30,160 nt of DNA. It comes from a virus. Lineage: Duplodnaviria; Caudoviricetes. Location: positions 1-30,160 of the IMG/VR virus record IMGVR_UViG_3300025892_000094; one strand, 5' to 3'. The position numbers and the translations under genes are program-made. Each line of letters begins with the position of its first letter. Position 1 is the first letter of the stretch. Below, piece by piece: positions 26,291 through 30,160 of the stretch. Under the pieces are notes generated by a model that did not search any database, was not told the origin of the DNA, and saw nothing but the letters and a program-made list of their open reading frames with translations.

Positions 26291-27728
26291 TATACAATTA
26301 CCTAAATTAAAAAAGGTAGAGAAGGAAGAACAACCTACAATAAAACCCGAACATAAAAAAACTATTTTACTATTATCAGATGATTGTAGAATGACTTCAG
26401 GTGTCGGAGTTATGTCTTTAGAAATTATTAGACAAACTTGTCACGAGTTTAATTGGGTACAAATCGGCGGAGCAATAAAACATCCTGAAGAAGGAAAGAA
26501 ATTTGATTGTTCTGAAGATTTGAGAAAAACTTCAGGAGTAGAAGATGCATACTTAGTTGTACATCCTACTTCAGGTTATGGTAATGATGAAATAGTTAGA
26601 AGTCTAATGGATACATATAAACCTGATGCTATTATGATTTATACTGACCCTCGATTTTGGAAATGGTTATTTGCTATGAGTCACGAGATAAGACAACAGA
26701 TTCCTATTTTCTATTATAATATATGGGATGACTTGCCGTTTCCTCATTGGAACGAACCATTTTATGAATCAGTTGATTGTTTAATGAATATCACTAAACA
26801 AACTTATAATATTGTTGAGAATGTTAGAAAACAAGTTCCTGTAAAAAGTTGGGAAAACACTCTTGTTCCTCACGGTATAAATGAGAAAGTTTTCTTTCCT
26901 ATAACAAAAGAACACGAAGACTATAAAGACTTCTTAAAATTTAAAGACCAAAATGTTATTAATAAAAATGTTGACTTTATTGTATTATGGAACAACAGAA
27001 ATATTAGAAGAAAACTTCCAGGTGATGTTGTATTATCTATGAAACAATTCGTTAGTAAACTTCCTGAAGAAAAACGTGACAATACTTTATTAGTAATGAA
27101 GACACAGCCTATAGATGATAATGGTACAGACTTAATAGAAGTTGTGAAGAACTGCGCTCCTGAATTAAATGTTTTATTCTTTGCTGAACGTAACGATGAA
27201 AGACATATGAACTTTATTTATAATATGGCTGATGTAACTATTAACATAGCATCTAATGAAGGATTTGGATTAGGAACGGCTGAGTCTTTAATGGCAGGAA
27301 CACCTATAGTTGTAAATGTTACAGGAGGTCTACAAGACCAATGTGGATTCAGAAAAGAAGATGGTAAACTTTTAACGAAAGAAGATTACACAACAGAGTG
27401 GGGCTCTAATCACGATGGTAAATATAAAGACCACGGAGAATGGGTGAAGCCTGTATGGCCCGCTTGTCGTTCTCTACAAGGTTCTCCTCCTACTCCTTAT
27501 ATCTTTGATGATAGACCTAAATGGGAAGATGCCGGAGATATGTTATATGAGTGGTATGAAACTTCTCACGAAGACAGAGAGAAGGCAGGTCAAGCCGGAA
27601 GAGAATATTGTCTACGAGAAGACACTATGTTATCAGCAAAACATATGGGTAATGCCGTTATTAAATCAGCAAATGATTGTTGGGATAATTGGGAACCTGT
27701 TAAACAATTTCAAGTATACGAGGTATAA
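26283..27728 (+). CDS. Glycosyltransferase, GT-B fold (GT4-like)
   Basis: ILLLSDD...SGVG, VPHGIN, NRNIRRK, NEGFGLGTAESLMAGTPIV..TGGL. Confidence 0.9.
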   Translation: MADIQLPKLKKVEKEEQPTIKPEHKKTILLLSDDCRMTSGVGVMSLEIIRQTCHEFNWVQIGGAIKHPEEGKKFDCSEDLRKTSGVEDAYLVVHPTSGYGNDEIVRSLMDTYKPDAIMIYTDPRFWKWLFAMSHEIRQQIPIFYYNIWDDLPFPHWNEPFYESVDCLMNITKQTYNIVENVRKQVPVKSWENTLVPHGINEKVFFPITKEHEDYKDFLKFKDQNVINKNVDFIVLWNNRNIRRKLPGDVVLSMKQFVSKLPEEKRDNTLLVMKTQPIDDNGTDLIEVVKNCAPELNVLFFAERNDERHMNFIYNMADVTINIASNEGFGLGTAESLMAGTPIVVNVTGGLQDQCGFRKEDGKLLTKEDYTTEWGSNHDGKYKDHGEWVKPVWPACRSLQGSPPTPYIFDDRPKWEDAGDMLYEWYETSHEDREKAGQAGREYCLREDTMLSAKHMGNAVIKSANDCWDNWEPVKQFQVYEV

Positions 27729-27729
27729 A

Positions 27730-29001
27730 ATGAGTAAATTAGTAACGGTTATAGGTCCTGTAGGAACTCGTAGTGGATATGGTTCACACGCAAGAGATAT
27801 AGTTATCTCTTTATTAGATTTAGGATACGATGTTAAAACACTACCTATTAGATGGGGAAACACTCCACAAAACGCATTAGACACATCTAATGATAGAGAT
27901 AATAGAATTATAGAAACATTAGCTGTTGACGGAAAAATAGATAGACAACCGGATATGCATTTTCACGTTAGTGTTCCGATTGAATTTCAACAAGTTGGTA
28001 AAGTAAATATAGGAATTACTGCGGGTGTTGAATGGACTATTCCTAATCCTCAATGGGTAGATGCTATGAATTTTGTTGATTATAATTTAGTTCCATCACA
28101 ATTTGTTAAGGATGTATTTACAGGTTGTCAATTTGATTTTAAAGACCCACAGACTCAACAACCCAAACAAGTAAAACTTCAAAAACCTATTGATGTTTTA
28201 TTTGAAGGATACGATGAAAACATATATAAAAAGACAAATGAATTTAGTGAATCATTAGTTAATGAAATGAATCAAATTGATAATGAATTTTGTTTTCTTT
28301 ATGTAGGACATTGGTTACCTGGTCCATTAGGACACGATAGAAAAGATACAGGGATGATGATAAAAGCATTTTTAGAAACATTTAAAAATATTGATAATCC
28401 CCCTGCACTTGTTTTAAAAACTTCTCAAGTTGATTTCAGTCCTGTAGACAAATATGAAGTAATAAAAAAGATAGAACAGATTAAAAGTCAAGTAGGAGCT
28501 ACTAATTTACCTAAAGTATATCTTCTACACGGAGAGTTATCTGATATTCAAATGAATGAATTATATAATCATCCTAAAATAAAAGCTATGATTTCATTTA
28601 CTAAAGGTGAAGGATTTGGTAGACCATTGTTAGAGTTTAGTACAACAGGAAAACCTGTTATCGCTCCGGCATTTTCAGGACACGTAGACTTTTTAAATAA
28701 AGATATGTCTACATTATTAGCAGGCGGGTTAGTTCCTGTACACGAAAAATCGATACAAGAATCTTACAGACACGCAGACGCTAAATGGTTTACCGTAGAT
28801 TATAATCAAGGTGCATTTGCTATGAAAGAAATTTATTCAAAGTATGATAAGTTTTTACCGAAGTCTTATTTACAGAAACAATTTTCTGAAAACTTTACTT
28901 TAAATAAAATGACAGAGAAACTTGGAGAGTTGTTACAGCCAATAGAAAGTAACATTACTACACAAGTTCCTGTAACATTACCTAAACTTAAAAAGAAATA
29001 G
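27730..29001 (+). CDS. Glycosyltransferase, GT-B fold (GT4-like)
   Basis: GPVGTRSGYG, FLYVGHW, DRKD, KGEGFGRPLLEF..TGKPVIA..SGHVDFL. Start reassigned to ATG 27730 (GAGG SD, 1 nt after the upstream stop). Confidence 0.9.
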   Translation: MSKLVTVIGPVGTRSGYGSHARDIVISLLDLGYDVKTLPIRWGNTPQNALDTSNDRDNRIIETLAVDGKIDRQPDMHFHVSVPIEFQQVGKVNIGITAGVEWTIPNPQWVDAMNFVDYNLVPSQFVKDVFTGCQFDFKDPQTQQPKQVKLQKPIDVLFEGYDENIYKKTNEFSESLVNEMNQIDNEFCFLYVGHWLPGPLGHDRKDTGMMIKAFLETFKNIDNPPALVLKTSQVDFSPVDKYEVIKKIEQIKSQVGATNLPKVYLLHGELSDIQMNELYNHPKIKAMISFTKGEGFGRPLLEFSTTGKPVIAPAFSGHVDFLNKDMSTLLAGGLVPVHEKSIQESYRHADAKWFTVDYNQGAFAMKEIYSKYDKFLPKSYLQKQFSENFTLNKMTEKLGELLQPIESNITTQVPVTLPKLKKK

Positions 29002-29003
29002 AT

Positions 29004-29483
29004 ATGGAACAAAAAGCAAAATGTCCTACTTTTAGTGGAGAACTTCATACTTGTTTTGTTGAAGAATTAGATAACGGATTCAAATCGTATTTATGTTTTG
29101 ATTGTGGCTATACTTCAAACTCTGCATTGAAAACAGGAACAGATGAATGTAAAACAGAAACACAAAACTATACACAATTAGTTAAAGACTTGAAGATAGA
29201 AGATGAAGAGACAGGGTTAGAATGGTATCCTTCTGTTATCAATATGGGACCAATGGGATTAATTTATCCTGAAGGTTCTCGTGAGTTGTGGAATTGGAAA
29301 GTTGCTAAAGTAAAAGAAATACCTGAAGATAAAAGAAAGAACTATCCTAAAAAAGATGGCGGGTTTTATGAAACATTTCTTGATGTAGAACAAGCAGAAT
29401 CTTTTGCGAGTTTTGAATTTCTTAAAGCGTGTGAACATTTAGGAATTACTCAAAATGTAAACAAGGGTGTAGAAGGTAAGTAA
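29004..29483 (+). CDS. Hypothetical protein with putative Zn-binding cysteines
   Basis: 159 aa; CP...C...CFDCGY. Confidence 0.75.
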   Translation: MEQKAKCPTFSGELHTCFVEELDNGFKSYLCFDCGYTSNSALKTGTDECKTETQNYTQLVKDLKIEDEETGLEWYPSVINMGPMGLIYPEGSRELWNWKVAKVKEIPEDKRKNYPKKDGGFYETFLDVEQAESFASFEFLKACEHLGITQNVNKGVEGK

Positions 29484-29485
29484 TA

Positions 29486-29917
29486 ATGGCTAAACAACCA
29501 TATAGTTGGGGTAAGGTTGAACGTGGTGATATAGTTTCTTTTAGATATCAAGGTTCAGATGGTCGTTCTACAAAGAGAAGTGTTATTGTACTTGAGAAGA
29601 GGTTAAAACATCCTAATTCTAAAAACTTTTTATTACACGGATATCAATTAGATGTAAGAAACATTCCTGCTATTAGGTCTGAGTCTGCTTTGATAACTTT
29701 ATTTAAAAAGATTGGTACACCACAAGAAGTAGATAAAGAAGATAACATCATAAAAATATTAGTAGAAGGAAGAAGTCCACAAGTGTATTCACGAACAAAA
29801 ACTTTAATTAAAAAATACGGAATCTATAGAACTTATTATTATGATAAAGCAACAAGAAATCAGATATTTCTTGAACCTGTAAAAATAGACCCGAAAGTAT
29901 TGGATAAGATATTATGA
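29486..29917 (+). CDS. Hypothetical protein, possible WYL/SH3-like fold
   Basis: 143 aa; IVSFRYQGSDGRSTKRSV and YRTYYYDK resemble WYL-domain ends. ORF is solid, fold tentative. Confidence 0.55.
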   Translation: MAKQPYSWGKVERGDIVSFRYQGSDGRSTKRSVIVLEKRLKHPNSKNFLLHGYQLDVRNIPAIRSESALITLFKKIGTPQEVDKEDNIIKILVEGRSPQVYSRTKTLIKKYGIYRTYYYDKATRNQIFLEPVKIDPKVLDKIL

Positions 29918-30160
29918 TTAGTTACGCAATAACATCACACAATGAAACTTATGAATTAAAAACTCTTCTTGATGAATTGATGAAATGGAAGATTCAAGAT
30001 GAAGATGAAGTGGTTGTTCTTGATGACTTCAGTTACGATAGTCACTTAGATATGTTGAAGCCTTATATTGATTGTGGATTCATTGATAAATTTGAACAAA
30101 AAAAATTAAAAAAAGATTTTGCTTCTCATAAAAATTACTTAAATTCTCTATGTACAAAAG
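29914..30160 (+). CDS. Glycosyltransferase family 2 (GT-A), 3'-truncated by window end
   Basis: Translated by hand: MISYAITSHNE...EVVVLDDFS...DFASHKNYLNSLCTK; ATGA coupling; no stop before the window end. Confidence 0.8.
   Translation, partial: MISYAITSHNETYELKTLLDELMKWKIQDEDEVVVLDDFSYDSHLDMLKPYIDCGFIDKFEQKKLKKDFASHKNYLNSLCTK

Noticed and set aside
27505-27729. 75-aa N-terminal extension of the second glycosyltransferase
   Set aside because: It overlaps the upstream GT by over 200 nt; ATG 27730 has an SD and starts at the GT-B first strand.
578-29048. All minus-strand ORFs in the six-frame track
   Set aside because: They are short, lie antisense to well-supported + strand genes, and show no recognisable motifs; treated as shadow ORFs.
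1-30160. Stop-codon reassignment, inteins, introns or tRNA genes
   Set aside because: TAA, TGA and TAG all end genes at sensible boundaries; PolB, NrdJ, helicase and RecA are of normal uninterrupted length; no cloverleaf was seen in the short intergenic gaps.

Overview
AT-rich, densely packed, entirely + strand segment of a large dsDNA bacteriophage with a T4-like replication module. It encodes gp32-like SSB, RecA/UvsX, 5'-3' flap exonuclease/RNase H, gp41/DnaB-like helicase, family B DNA polymerase, sliding clamp and two clamp-loader subunits. Nucleotide-metabolism genes include a class II B12-dependent NrdJ, dUTPase, a glutaredoxin-like protein and a DUF1599/Nmad1-like protein. Other genes include ClpP, a 2OG-Fe(II) oxygenase, a Cas4/RecB-like nuclease, a SLOG protein, an SDR epimerase and three glycosyltransferases. 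The most unusual elements are: (1) an nrdJ - compact H-type pseudoknot - intact TonB-dependent receptor - terminator unit, a candidate cofactor-uptake module with its own RNA element; (2) a second, miniature family A polymerase with altered steric-gate and motif C residues, apparently made from a leaderless transcript; (3) a 12-bp intergenic motif found twice, each time within an inverted repeat. All functional calls come from motif recognition by eye; no database searches were run.
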